Assembly (NCBI RefSeq): GCF_902713615.1
Contig: NW_024055490.1
Location: forward strand, 1-64,000
Reading direction: 5' to 3'
Length of the DNA stretch: 64,000 nucleotides
DNA from: Scyliorhinus canicula
Taxonomy: Eukaryota
In this document: positions 35,825 to 48,569 of the stretch, piece by piece
How the letters are laid out: the number at the start of each line of letters is the position of its first letter
Numbering within the stretch: the first letter of the stretch is position 1
Notes under the pieces: model-generated
Databases searched by the model: none
Seen by the model: only the letters and a program-made list of their open reading frames with translations
Told to the model about the DNA's origin: nothing
Program-made: the position numbers and the translations under genes

Positions 35825-38800
35825 ATGGCTAGTCGGCAGGGGAGAGGGGCGGGCTGCCCTTCGACCCGGCTGATCACTTGGAATGTGAGGGGGCTGAATG
35901 GGCCGGTCAAGAGAACGAGAGTAATCTCGCATTTGAAGGGACTGAAGGCGGATGCAGCAATGCTACAAGAGACCCATTTGAAGGTGGTGGACCAGGTCCG
36001 CCTGAGAAGGGGGTGGGTGGGACAGGTGTTCCACTCAGGACTGGATGCAAAGAACCGGGGGGTGGCGATCCTGGTAGGGAAGAGGGTGTCGTTCGTGGCG
36101 GCGGAGGTGGTGGCGGATAAAGAGGGTAGATATGTCATGGTGAAGGGTAGGCTACAGGGGGAGAAAGTGGTGATGGTTAATGTGTATGCCCCGAATTGGG
36201 ACGACGCTGGCTTCATGAGGCGCCTACTGGGCCTCATTCCGGACCTGGAGGCAGGGGGCCTGATCATGGGGGGGGACTTCAACACAGTGCTGGACCCCGA
36301 GCTGGACAGATCGAGTTCAAGGACGAGTAGGAGGCCGGCAGCGGCAGAAGTGTTAAAGGGGTTTATGGAGCAGATGGGAGGGGTAGATCCCTGGAGGTTT
36401 GGGAGGCCGAGGGCGAGGGAGTATTCCTTTTTCTCCCATGTCCACAGAGTCTATTCTAGAATTGACTTTTTTGTATTGAGCAGGGGACTGATCCCGAAAG
36501 TACGGGAAGTGGAGTACTCGGCCATAGCGGTCTCAGACCATGCGCCACACTGGGTAGATTTGGAAATGGGGGAGGCGCGAGACCAGCGTCCGCTGTGGCG
36601 CCTGGATGTGGGGTTGCTGGCGGATGAGGAGGTGTGTAAGAGGGTCCGGAAAAGCATTGAAAGATATCTGGACACTAATGACACGGGGGAGGTGCAGGTG
36701 GGGATGGTCTGGGAGGCCCTGAAGGCGGTGATCCGGGGGGAGCTGATCTCCATACGGGCACATAGGGAAAGGAGGGAGAGACAGGAGAGGGAGAGGCTGG
36801 TGGGGGAGCTTTTGGACGTGGATAGGAGATATGCGGAGGCACCAGAGGAGGGGCTGTTGGGGGAACGGCGCAGTTTGCAGGCTAAGTTCGACCTGTTGAC
36901 CACCAGAAAGGCAGAGACACAGTGGAGAAGGGCGCAGGGCGCGATTTATGAATATGGGGAGAAGGCGAGTAGGATGTTGGCGCATCAGCTCCGCAAGCGG
37001 GATGCGGCTAGAGAAATTGGGGGAGTGAGGGAGAGGGGTGGGAACGTAGTGCAGAAGGGGCCAGAAGTAAATGGGGTCTTCAGAGACTTCTATAAGGAGC
37101 TGTATCGGTCAGAGCCGCCGACGAGGGGAGGGGGGATGGAGGGCTTCTTGAACAAATTGAGGTTCCCCAAGGTCCAAGAGGAGCTGGTAGAGGGGCTGGG
37201 GGCGCCGATAGGGTTAGAGGAGCTAGTCAAGGGGATTGGGCATATGCAGACGGGGAAGGCGCCGGGGCCAGACGGGTTCCCGGTGGAATTTTACAAAAAA
37301 TATGCGGATTTGGTGGGCCCTGTGCTGGTACGAGCCTTCAACGAGGCATGGGAGGGGGGGGGCCTCTGCCCCCGACAATGTCGCAGGCACTGATCTCTCT
37401 GATCTTGAAGCGGGACAAGGACCCCGTGCAGTGTGGGTCATATAGGCCTATCTCGCTCCTGAATGTGGACGCCAAGTTGCTGGCAAAGATCCTGGCTACC
37501 AGGATAGAGGATTGTGTGCCAGGGGTGATACACGAGGACCAGACGGGTTTTGTGAAAGGGCGGCAGCTTAATACGAACGTGCGGAGACTGCTAAACGTCA
37601 TCATGATGCCGGCAGTGGAGGGTGAGGCAGAGATAGTGGTGGCATTGGACGCGGAGAAAGCATTTGATAGGGTGGAGTGGAAGTACCTGTGGGAGACGCT
37701 GGAATGGTTTGGATTTGGGGAGGGATCTATTAAGTGGGTGAAGCTGCTCTATTCGGCCCCGACGGCAAGTGTAGTGACGAATGGTAGGAGATCGGAGTAT
37801 TTTGGGCTCCACCGGGGGACCAGACAGGGGTGCCCCTTGTCCCCCCCCTGCTCTTCGCACTGGCAATTGAACCGTTGGCGATGGCACTGAGGGGCTCAGG
37901 GGGGTGGAGAGGGCTGACAAGGGGCGGGGAGGAGCACCGGGTATCGCTATACGCGGACGACCTGCTGCTATACGTGGCAGACCCAGAAGGGGGAATGCCG
38001 GAGGTGATGGAACTGCTAGCAGAATTTGGGGACTTTTCGGGGTACAAGCTAAACTTGGGCAAGAGTGAGGTATTTGTGATACACCCAGGGGACCAGGAAG
38101 AGGGAATCGGGAGACTCCCGTTTAAGAGAGCAGGAAAGAGTTTTAGATATTTAGGGGTGCAGGTGGTAAGGAACTGGGGGATTCTCCACAAGCTGAACTT
38201 CTCCAGGCTGGTGGAACAGATGGAGGACGAATTTAAAAGGTGGGACATGGTGCCGCTGTCGCTGGCGGGCAGAGTGCAGTCCGTTAAAATGACGGTCCTC
38301 CCGAGGTTTTTGTTTTTATTTCAGTGCTTGCCCATCTTCCTCCCTAGGGCCTTCTTCAAAAAGGTGACGAGTAGCATCATGAGCTACGTGTGGACGCACG
38401 GCACCCCAAGGGTGAGGAGGGTCTTCTTGGAGCGGAGTAGGGATAGTGGAGGGCTGGCATTACCCAACCTTTCGGGGTATTACTGGGCGGCAAATGTATC
38501 GATGGTGCGCAAGTGGATGATGGAAGGGGAGGGGGCAGCTTGGAAACGAATGGAGAGAGCGTCCTGTGGCAACATAAGCCTGGGGGCCCTAGTAACGGCG
38601 CCATGGCCGCTCCCTCCCACGAGGTACACCACGAGCCCGGTGGTGGCGGCCACCCTCAAGATCTGGGGGCAGTGGAGGCGACACAGGGGGGAAGTGGGAG
38701 GTCTGATGGAGGCACCGTTAAGAGGGAACCATAGATTCATCCCGGGGAACATGGACGGGGGATTTCAGAGCTGGCACAGGGTGGGCATCAGGCAGCTGAA

Positions 38801-39623
38801 GGATCTGTTTGTAGATGGGAGGTTTGCGAGCCTGAGAGAGCTGGAGGAGAAATTCGGGCTCCCCCCGGGAAACATGTTTAGACATTTGCAGGTGAAGACA
38901 TTTGCTAGACGCCAGGTGGAAGGGTTTCCCTTGCTCCCCAGTAGGGGGGCGAGTGATAGGGTGGTCTCGGGGGTCTGGGTCGGAGGGGGGAGGATATCGG
39001 ACATCTACAAAGTAATGCAGGAGGCGGAGGAGGCATCAGTAGAGGAGCTGAAAGCCAAGTGGGAGGGGGAGCTGGGAGAACAGATAGAGGATGGGACATG
39101 GGCTGATGCCCTGGAGAGGGTTAATTCTTCCTCCTCGTGTGCGAGGCTTAGCCTCATTCAATTTAAGGTGCTACATAGAGCCCATATGACGGGGACAAGG
39201 ATAAGTCGGTTCTTTGGGGGTGAGGACAGATGTGTCAGGTGTTCGGGAAGTCCAGCGAACCATGTCCATATGTTTTGGGCATGTCCGGCACTGGAGGAGT
39301 TCTGGAAGGGGGTGGCAAGGACGGTGTCGAGGGTGGTGGGATCCAGGGTCAAACCAGGATGGGGACTTGCGATCTTTGGGGTTGGGGTGGAGCCGGGGGT
39401 ACAGGAGGCGAGAGAGGCCGGAGTACTGGCCTTTGCGTCCCTAGTTGCTCGAAGAAGGATACTAATACAGTGGAAGGACGCAAGGCCTCCAAGCGTGGAA
39501 ACTTGGATTAATGACATGGCAAGCTTTATTCAGTTGGAAAGGGTCAAATTCGCCCTGAGAGGGTCGGTACAAGGGTTCTTCAGGCGGTGGCAGCCTTTCC
39601 TCGACTTTTTGGCTCAGAGATAG
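35825..39623 (+). pseudogene. L1 ORF2p (APE, RT, CCHC) with two frameshifts at homopolymer runs
   Basis: ITWNVRGLN, LQETHL, GDFN, SRID, SDH, KAPGPDG, YRPISLLN, QGCPLSP, YADD and CVRC..HMFWAC; frame changes at G9 37354-37362 and C8 37841-37848. Confidence 0.92.
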
Positions 39624-41659
39624 GGTACAGAGGTCGCAGCAGCAGCAACCCGGGGGGGGGGGGGGGTGGCAACAACGGTTGTGGTGGGTTATTTACGGTT
39701 GAAATGCGGGCAAATTTGCTCGCAGTTCATGTTTGATGTTGATTGTTGCTTTGTTTGTTTTTGGGGGAGGGGGGAGGGACAACGCGCGCGCGAGTTCGGG
39801 CGGGGGGGGGGATATTTGTTAAGAGGGAATATTTTGTAATATTTTATAGTTAGTTGGGGTAAATATCTTCATGTAAAAAATTCTTTCAATAAAAATTATT
39901 TTTAAAAAAAAATGCTGACTTTGTCAGCGAGGGTCATATTCCGAGAATAAATGTTAAAATCTGTGCAAAATGCTGCAGATTCCGGAAATCTAAAACAAAA
40001 ACAAAAGAAGGCTGCTCAGCAGGTCAGTGAGCATCAGCAGAGAGAGGAACAGATTCACATTTCAGGTGGATTACCTCAATGACATAATTGTAAAGAGCAG
40101 AGCTGCTTTTCCCAGTATCATCGACCAATGTCCGTTCCTGAACATAAATCACAGATTAGCTGGTCACTTATCACATCTCAGTTTGTGGGAGCTTGCTGTG
40201 CACAAAATCTCTGCTCTGTTTCCAACATTAGAGCAGTAACTAAATTCAGCAAAAATACATCAGTGAGTTTGAAGGGCGTTGGGATGACCTGAGGTCGGGT
40301 AAAGCGGTTTACAAAAGCAAGCTCTTTCCAAACGTTTACATTTTAAAATGCAAGTTGTAATATGTTGAAAGATCTGAGATTAATGTGACTGTGGGTAACT
40401 CCTCTGCCAGATGTTTCAATTTATCTCCTTCAAATCGGTTAATGTTTCAATTAAATTAATATTCAGTGGAATAACAGCCTGGTTAAAGATGATTTATTAA
40501 TTGAGGCATCAGAACTTTCAGAATTAATACTTAATTTAAATGTATTTTTTATTTCAATTAAGTAACATCTGTTCTAATGGATGTTTCTATACGTTTCAAC
40601 CAACTGTCAATATTCTTAAAATAAACCGCTATTTTGAGTTGAACCTAATCATTAAATAACTATGTTTATCTCGTTTTGCTAGCATGAACATTTCATTGCG
40701 ACCAGTAAGGTGTTTATGTAAATAAACACAGAAATAGAAGTCTCAGATTAGGTTGTGGGCTGACAAAAGCACAACAACTATTTCCCCACCGACACAGCAC
40801 AGAAATAGAGGCAAAGACGCAAATAGATCAACGGATTCCAGTAATGATTGTTTTTGACATTTGTTTCTTCATCAGTTATATGAGAAAAATGTCATCATGA
40901 TAATCATGTTCACAATTAAGAAAGTGTCCCTCTAATCTCGAAATATAATGACATGCGAAATGTGTTCACAGAGTTTTCCAGTTCTCCTGTATCTGATATA
41001 TGTCCCTTTTTCCTAACTGGTTCTGTCTCATGTCTCTCCACGATGGGTCATTGCCTTTAATCGACAACATGAAGCCAACATGTGCCGAATATAATCTCTC
41101 AGCGCAATCTCACCTCATTGGCTTCCAACTAAATGGATCGAATCCAATTAATTGGAATACATAGAGGGGGTTTTACTCTAAAATGCGGTTGGAGCATTCA
41201 ATTACCTTGCAGTGTTTAATGAGAACTGTGGAGAAACATTTACCCGGTGTCTAACCTGAGCTGAACAGGATTTGATGTGGCAGTGCCGAAGGATCTTTCC
41301 CTCTTTCTAACCAGGCTAACAAGATAGATAGTTTCTTGATTAATAAGGGGATCAAGGGTTATGGCGAGAAGGCAGGAGATAGGCTTTTAAAAACATAACA
41401 GTCGTGATTGAATGTGGAGCACGCTCCATTTGGCCTAATCGTCGAATTCTGCTCCTGTGTCTTATAGTTTTATGGTAGGAAGACAATCTATGGACGATCT
41501 CAGAATAGATAGGTACCTGATTGCCATCGCAGATATGGTGGGTGAACGGCATATTTCTGTATTGTAAACCTCTAACTCTCCATGACTCTATGACAAGGTC
41601 TAAAACGATTATCACTTATATGGGGTGGAGATTAACCTAAACTAATCGAATAATACTTT

Positions 41660-41905
41660 TGTCACAAGTAAACTGACATTAACACTGCAATGAAGTCACT
41701 GTGAAAAGATCCCAATCGCCACATTCCGGCGCCTATTTGGGTACACAGACTGAGAATCCAGAATGTCCAAATTACAGAACTGCACATCTTTCGGGACTTG
41801 TGGTGGGAAACCGGAGCACCCGATGGAAACCCACGCAGACACGGGGAGAACGTGCAGACTCTGCACTGACTGGGACTCTGGCACTGTGAGGCAACAGTGC
41901 CACTG
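41660..41905 (-). mobile_element. V-SINE, copy B only
   Basis: GGAAACCGGAGCACCCGATGGAAACCCACGCAGACACGGGGAGAAC core; absent at ~20025. Confidence 0.8.
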
Positions 41906-43549
41906 CAATTGGATCTACTGCAGTGATTACTGATGCAAGGTCTCAACTAGCATAAACCGAGACAGGTTCTACTGCAGAAATTACTGATACAAGGGTTGAT
42001 TACCCTTAAATTATATAGGATATAGAGCAGTGATTATTGATTCAGGGTCTGGAATGTTATAAACTGAGGTAGGGTCTATTGCAGTCATTCCTGCTGCAGG
42101 GTCTGGATTAATATATGTGTAAAGGCTTATTAGGTCAGATGATTAAAAACTTGATCGACGAGGCAGGTTATATGGGATGATTTTATTAAGGGAATTGAGG
42201 TAAAGAGGAGTAGGGAATGAATACCAGAGCTTAGGGCTGAGACGCATGAAGACATCGCAAAGTTAAACAATTAATTCTGAAGATAACATTCCGTCTTGAT
42301 CAATTACAGTTGCAAAACTCAAGAACAATATTTTATATGCACACATGCACGAACGGCCAATTTGCAGAGAACTCACTTGCTCTACTTAACCAGATGAGAG
42401 TTCTATGATTGGGTGGATATTTACCCTGTGAGTGCCAATCTGGTGATTCTGTGAGAGCACTGTTCTGTCTAACACTGCCAGTATATTAGATGATCATTGA
42501 ATATAAAACGAGGCAGGAAAATAATCCTCACCATGAAAACAACTTTCCAATGTATAGAGTGTAACACAAGAGTAAATTCATCATTTTGAACAAAACAGAG
42601 ATTTCCATTAACGTTTGGAAATTGCAGTGCACCGGTGTTCACGTGTAGACCTGTCCCTCAAGCCTAGTTCATTACTGGGATGTTGGTAAAATATTAAACT
42701 CAATATTACCCACATGATAGCAGAGCAAATACACATTTCACAGAACTGCTTATAGGTATTAACAAGAATTAATATAATCTCCAAATCAACAATGATTGTA
42801 CTCGTACAAACAAGCAAATATATAATATAATTTATAATATCGAGACAGGCAACAGGACATCGTTCAGTGTAATATAAACGGAGACTGGTGTGCTATTTTT
42901 GGAATAACTGATATGGAGCCAGTGGAATTCCCTATCACCATTGCCATCCCGTCAGAATAAGACCCAAGTCTAGTAAAAGACCAGCCTCTGAAAATTAAAT
43001 TGACCCATGTAAGACTGGACCCATAGTTTGAACTTTAGACTCACTGAGCAATATTTCAGAATGTCAAAATGCAAACCATGATGATGTCTCAGTGGAATCA
43101 CTATCACCTCCCACAACAGATACCTGAGCACATGACCCAGACTGTGATCCAATGCAGGAGTGTTTAATGTTCAATTGTTCCATCTTTTCGATGCGGTGAT
43201 ATTACAGTCTTCTCGATAGTCTCGCAATATTATTACAAACGGGTAGTCTGGGGGGCTGAACTAATTCTCCAGTCACAGGAGTACAAATCCACCAGGGCAT
43301 ATTGTAATGTTGTGAACAGTTTTGGTCTTATATAAGGATTGATATTTTAGAGGCAGTCCAGAGAAGGTTCTTTAGGTAAATCCCGAATGTGGAGGTATTT
43401 TCAAAGGTAGGGAGCATTTCACAGCACAGAAAGAGGCTCCTCGGCCCATCGTTACTCTACCTGTCAGCAAATAAAGAAGAATCCGGCCTTGAAACACAGA
43501 CCTTGCGGTAAACAGCCAAACACGCTGACCAATTGCACCACGGAGACTG

Positions 43550-43713
43550 TGGCAATGATGTGGAGATGCTGGCGTTGGACTGGGGTTAGCACAGTAAGAA
43601 GTCTTACAACACCAGGTTAAAGTCCAACAGGTTTGTTTCAAACACTAGCTCTCGAAGCAATGCTTCCACCTGAGGAGGGAGTTTAACCTGGTGTTGTAAG
43701 ACTTCTTACTGTG
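43550..43713. mobile_element. 164-bp miniature Penelope terminal-repeat insertion with inverted ends and TSD
   Basis: 32-bp inverted repeat at 43590-43621 and 43682-43713; TSD ACCACRGAGACTG at 43537-43549 and 43714-43726; empty site at 33149-33161. Confidence 0.85.
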
Positions 43714-45659
43714 ACCACAGAGACTGAAATGGGGAGAGCTTAAGTGGGTTAGGCCTACACGAATTGGAGTTTAGAAGAATCAGAGGCGAAGTTACTGAGA
43801 TATATAGTATTCTCAAGGGGCTTGACAGTGTATAAACTGGAGATTGTTCCCGCTTTTGGGAGAGTCTAGGACCAAAGGGCACAATCTCAGAGTAAGGTGC
43901 CACTCATTTCAGACGAGGATGAAGAGGAATTTCTTCTCTCAGAACGTAGTGCTTCTATAGAATCATTTGCCGGTGAGAATTCGCCTGGTCAATAAATATG
44001 TTCAAGGCTGAGACAGATATTGTTAATCAGTAAGGGAATCAAGGGTAATGGGGATAAAGTGGAAATGTGGAGTTGAGGATTTTACCAGATTTGCAACGAT
44101 TTCATTGAATGGTAGATCATATTATGTGGGCCGAATGGCCAAGTTCTGCTCCAAATCTTATGGTTTTATGGCAGCTTTAGAGACTTTCAATTGAATGACT
44201 TAATCAATCAGCCAGTAATTGTTGCGTCATTTATAATACTTTCGAAGCTATTGAAAGTTCGCAAAGCCCAGCAGGTTCACCAGCATCCTTCAGGAGAAGA
44301 AAGCTTCCCTCCTTACTCTGTCTGGCCTATATGTGTCTCTATTTCAACAATGATGTGGCTATCTCTGATACTGCCGAGCAAGCAAGTCAGTTGAAGGGAA
44401 GCTGCTACAGAAAGTCAAATGTGAATAAAACTGCTCGAAGTGCACCTTATCAAAAAGTGGTTCACATTCGGCTTCTCAGGATGGACAGTTAATGCTGACT
44501 TTGTCACTGATGGCCATATGGCGAGAATAAATCCAAAACTGTGCAATGTGCTGCAGATTCTGGAAATCTAAAACAAAAACAACAAAAAAGGCTGCTCAGC
44601 AGGACAGTGAGCATCAACAGAGAGAGGAACAGATTCACATTTCAGGTGGATTACCTCACTGATATAATTCTAAAGGGCAGAGCTGCTTTCCCCAGTATCT
44701 TGGACCGATGTCCGTTCTTCATCTAAAATCACAAATGAGCTGGTCACTTATCCCATCTCCATTTGTGGGAGCTTGCTGTGCGCAAATTCCCTGCTCTGTT
44801 TCCAACATCAGAGCAGCGACTAAATTCAGCAAAAATATATCAGTGAGTTTTAAGGGCATTGGCATGACCTGAGGTCGCGTAAAGTGTTTTACAAAAGCAA
44901 GCTCTTTCCAAATGTTAACATTTTTAAAATGCTGGTTGTAATATGTTGAAAGATCTGAGATGGATGTGACTATAGATCACTCCTCTGCTTGATGTTTTAA
45001 TCTATCTACTTTAAATCGGTTAATATTTCAATCAAATTAACATTCAGTGGGAAAGTAGCTGGTTAAAGATGGTTTATTAATTGAGGCATCAGAACTTTCA
45101 GAATGAATACTTAATTTATTGTATTTTTTATTTCAGTTAAGTAACATCTGTTCTAATGGAAGTTTCTATTCATTTTATCCTACTGTCAATATTCTTAAAA
45201 TAACCCGCTATTTTGAGTTAAAACTAATCAATAAATGACTGTGTTTATCTCATTTTGCTGACATGAACACTTCATTGTGACCAGTGAGGTGTTTATGTAA
45301 ATAGACACAGAAATAGAAGTCCCAGATTAGATTGCGGACTGAGAAAAGCAAAACAAATGTTTCCCCGCCAACACAGCACAGAAATAGAGCCAATGATGCA
45401 AATAGATCAACGAATTCCAGTAGTGTTTGTTTTTCGACATTTTTTTATTCATCAGTTATATGAGAAAAATGTCATGATGATATCCATGTTCATAATTAGG
45501 AAATATTCCCTTTAATCTCTAAATATAAGGGCATGCCAAGTGTGTTAGTAGAAATGTCCTGTATCCTATCTCTCTTTGTGTCTTTCTCATAACTGGTTCT
45601 ATCTCATGTCTCTCCACGATGGGTCATTGTCTTTAATCGACATGTGGCCAACACTAATA

Positions 45660-45795
45660 ACAATTTTACTGTGAAAAGCCCCGAGTCGCCACATTCCGGC
45701 GCCTGTTCAGGTGAGCTGGAACGGGAATTGAACTGCGCTGCTGGCCATGTTCTGCATCACAAACCATCTGTCTAGCCCACTGAGCTAAACCAGCC
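45660..45795 (-). mobile_element. short tRNA-SINE, copy B only
   Basis: Same family as 746-918; absent at ~41090. Confidence 0.8.
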
Positions 45796-47299
45796 CTCTC
45801 AGCCCGAACTCACCCTGTTGGCTTCCAACTAAATGCATCGAATCCAATGTATTGGAATCCGTCGAGGGAGTTTTACGCTAAAATGAGGTTGGAGCATTCA
45901 ATGATCTTGGAGTGTTTAATGAGAACTGCAGAGACAAGTTTCTTCTATATCTGATCTAGGCTCCACATGGTGGTTGAGGATTTGATGTGGCAGGGCCGAA
46001 GAATCTTTCCTTGCACTTAATCCAGCTGCCGAGGCCTTGGAGCATTTGACTGAAGAGTGCAGAGCAAGTTTACTTGCATGTAACCTGCACTGAACCTGCC
46101 CTGTGAGTGTTTGATATGACTGTGCACATGGAGATTTACTCCGTATCTGAACTGTGCTGTACCTGACCTGGGTGGGTTTGATGGGAAAATGCAGAGATTT
46201 CTTTACCCAGTAACTAACCTCACTGTCAATCTGTCTGGGAGATCTCTGAAGGAATAGTGCAGAAGAGGTTTTGCCTGGTATCGAACTCTTGGTTTCTCGG
46301 CCTTTAATGTGTTTGAGCGAGTTATGTAGAGGGAATTTAATTCTATATCTAAACAATCTGCAGCTGCTCTGAGAATGTTTGATGGGGACAGTGTAAGGCA
46401 GTTTCTCTTTGTCTCCAACCTGTGATGCACCAGTCCTGCGAGTGTTTGAAGGGGCAGTAGGCCCTGCCTCTGTATTGCACCAGGCCGTGAGCCCGTCTCC
46501 GTTTTTGTTCTACAACCCTGTACCATTTATATTAGTTTATATTAAATAAAGACCTATTTCTGTTTGTTCATATTAAACTAGGCCACCAATTAGAGGACAT
46601 GTCTTGATCAATAAGGCGTTCAGGAGTTATTGGGAGAAGGCGGGAGAATGGGAATTAGGAACATATCCCCAGTCTCGATGTGTCGAATGGTCTATTTCTG
46701 CTCCAATATCTTATGGACCCTGTTTGTCTCTCTTTAAATTAACCTAGAACCTGACACTGTTTCTATTAATTTAAACCTGTCTCTGTTTGTATTACATTAG
46801 ATACAGCCTCAGTTCTGCACTGGGCCATATCTCTGTTCATATTACATTGGAGCCGGCCTCAGTAATTGCTGCGGTAGACCATGCACAATAATATGGAAAG
46901 TGGCTGATGTGGAATTGTGTAGATTAAAAAAGACTGAGGGAACAGTGAAAATGTAAAATTCTTCAGCAAGCAATGCGGATCTATGTCCAGATAAACGTCA
47001 TAATCTGTCTTGTCAGCACCCTAGATGCATCAACACACAACCACAGATCTCTCTGATCTTCTTGCACCCACTTCAAATTGTACAACTTAACTCCTATTGC
47101 CTGGGCCTAGTGCAATAGAAGAAAGGAATGGAATAGTTGTAATTGTGTAACATTAACAAAGGACCATTAGATAAATAACTGAGACAGAACCTAGTGGTAC
47201 AGCCACATTCATTCTCTTGGCACCAGACACACAGTAGCTGCATTGTGTAACATCGACGGGATGCACTGCAGAAACTCGCCAAAATTTCTTGCAATGAAA

Positions 47300-47480
47300 T
47301 GAAATGAGATGAAAATCGCTTATTGTCACAAGTAGGCTTCAATTAAGTTATTGTGAAAAGCTCCTAGTCGCCACATTCCGGCGCATGTTCAGAGAGGCTG
47401 GTACGGGAATTGAACAATGCTGCTGGCATGCCTTGGTCTGCTTTAAAAGCCAGCTATTTAGCCCAGTGCTAAACCAGCCC
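47300..47480 (-). mobile_element. short tRNA-SINE inserted in an old LINE remnant (~47205-47590, +)
   Basis: (GAAAT)n tail and family core; the flanks resemble the 3' region of the old L2/RTEX-like LINE. Confidence 0.75.
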
Positions 47481-47882
47481 CATCTTCAACAGCACCTTCC
47501 ATACCCGAGACCTCCGAGAATCACAAGGGCAACAAGCACATGGGAACACAATACTCTGCATCCTCCTACACATCCAACTCTCTGGGGTAGGAATTGGTCT
47601 TGGGCACCGGCAAAGAAGAATTTATATCTGAAATCTAATTCTGCTGACTGCACTGAAAATGAATATCAAATGTTGCAGAGCACACACTGTATACACTTCC
47701 GTCCGTTGCATATTGTTGACATATACTGATTTCTTGTCCAAAATAAGTATTTATTATATTATCTTTCCATCTCAAAGACATGTGGAATAATGCGCCCACA
47801 ATTCAAAACAGAGGCATCATCTGGTGCATTAATAAAAGTGAGCGGTCTCGGAGAAAAATAGGCAGATTCAGGATCAAATATA

Positions 47883-48179
47883 GAATCCCGACAGGGCAGA
47901 AGGCCACTCGGACCATAGCATCTGCCCCGACCTCTGAAAGAACACCTTCCCCAATCCCCTGCCCTTGCAACATGACCTGCGCATCCCTGGACACTAAGGG
48001 ACAATTTAGAATGGCCAATAAACCTAACCTGCATATTTTTGGATTATGGGAGGAAACAGGAGCATCCGGAGGAAAGCCACTCAGACACAGGGAGAAAGTG
48101 CAAACTCCACACGGATCGTCAAGAATTGAACCCTGGAGCGATGAAGCAGCAGTGCTACCCACTGTGCCACCGTGCCGCC
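47883..48179 (-). mobile_element. V-SINE, full length
   Basis: Head at 48179, V core and a CR1-like 3' tail at 47883. Confidence 0.8.
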
Positions 48180-48569
48180 GATAACATAATCAGAAACTGG
48201 GTCTAGTGCAATATAAACTGAGTTCTGGTCTTTTTGATAGCTATTAACAGCTGAAACCGAACTACGTGATGCAAACAGAGTGTTGTTCCAGTTTACGATA
48301 CACAGATAAACGTTCTGATGCTGTAACCACTGTGACGTGTTTCGTGCCAGACTAACCGAGACATGATTCAGTGCAGTTATTATTAATGATTTGTAACATA
48401 AACAGGGCGTGGGCCTGTATATTAACAACTGATATTCAGCCGAGTGCAGGGAAACTGAGACAGGACCTGCTGTAATGTGACAGAGACACGGCGAGTGTAA
48501 TGTAAACAGAGGCTGGGGTTCGGTGAATGTAAGCTGAGAGATATGTTTAAAATGATTTAATGGCATCTT

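Larger units (their letters stand above)
34133..39910 (+). mobile_element. full-length L1-clade LINE with 15-bp TSD
   Basis: TSD AATGCTGACTTTGTC at 34118-34132 and 39911-39925; AATAAA at 39888-39893 and an A tail; empty site at 44491-44505. Confidence 0.97.
19690..41310 (+). repeat. segmental duplication copy A (interrupted; homologous parts ~19690-20690, ~32250-34132 and 39911-41310)
   Basis: Colinear similarity to 41320-46015, including unique sequence such as GGGAATTGAGGTAAAGAGGAGTAGGGAATGAATACCAGA and CATGTCTCTCCACGATGGGTCATTG. Confidence 0.85.
41320..46015 (+). repeat. segmental duplication copy B
   Basis: See copy A; carries its own SINE and Penelope insertions. Confidence 0.85.

Noticed and set aside
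46590-46720. Start of a third copy of the tandem duplication
   Set aside because: Similarity is limited to a generic CR1 3' end; the following sequence does not match the duplicated unit.
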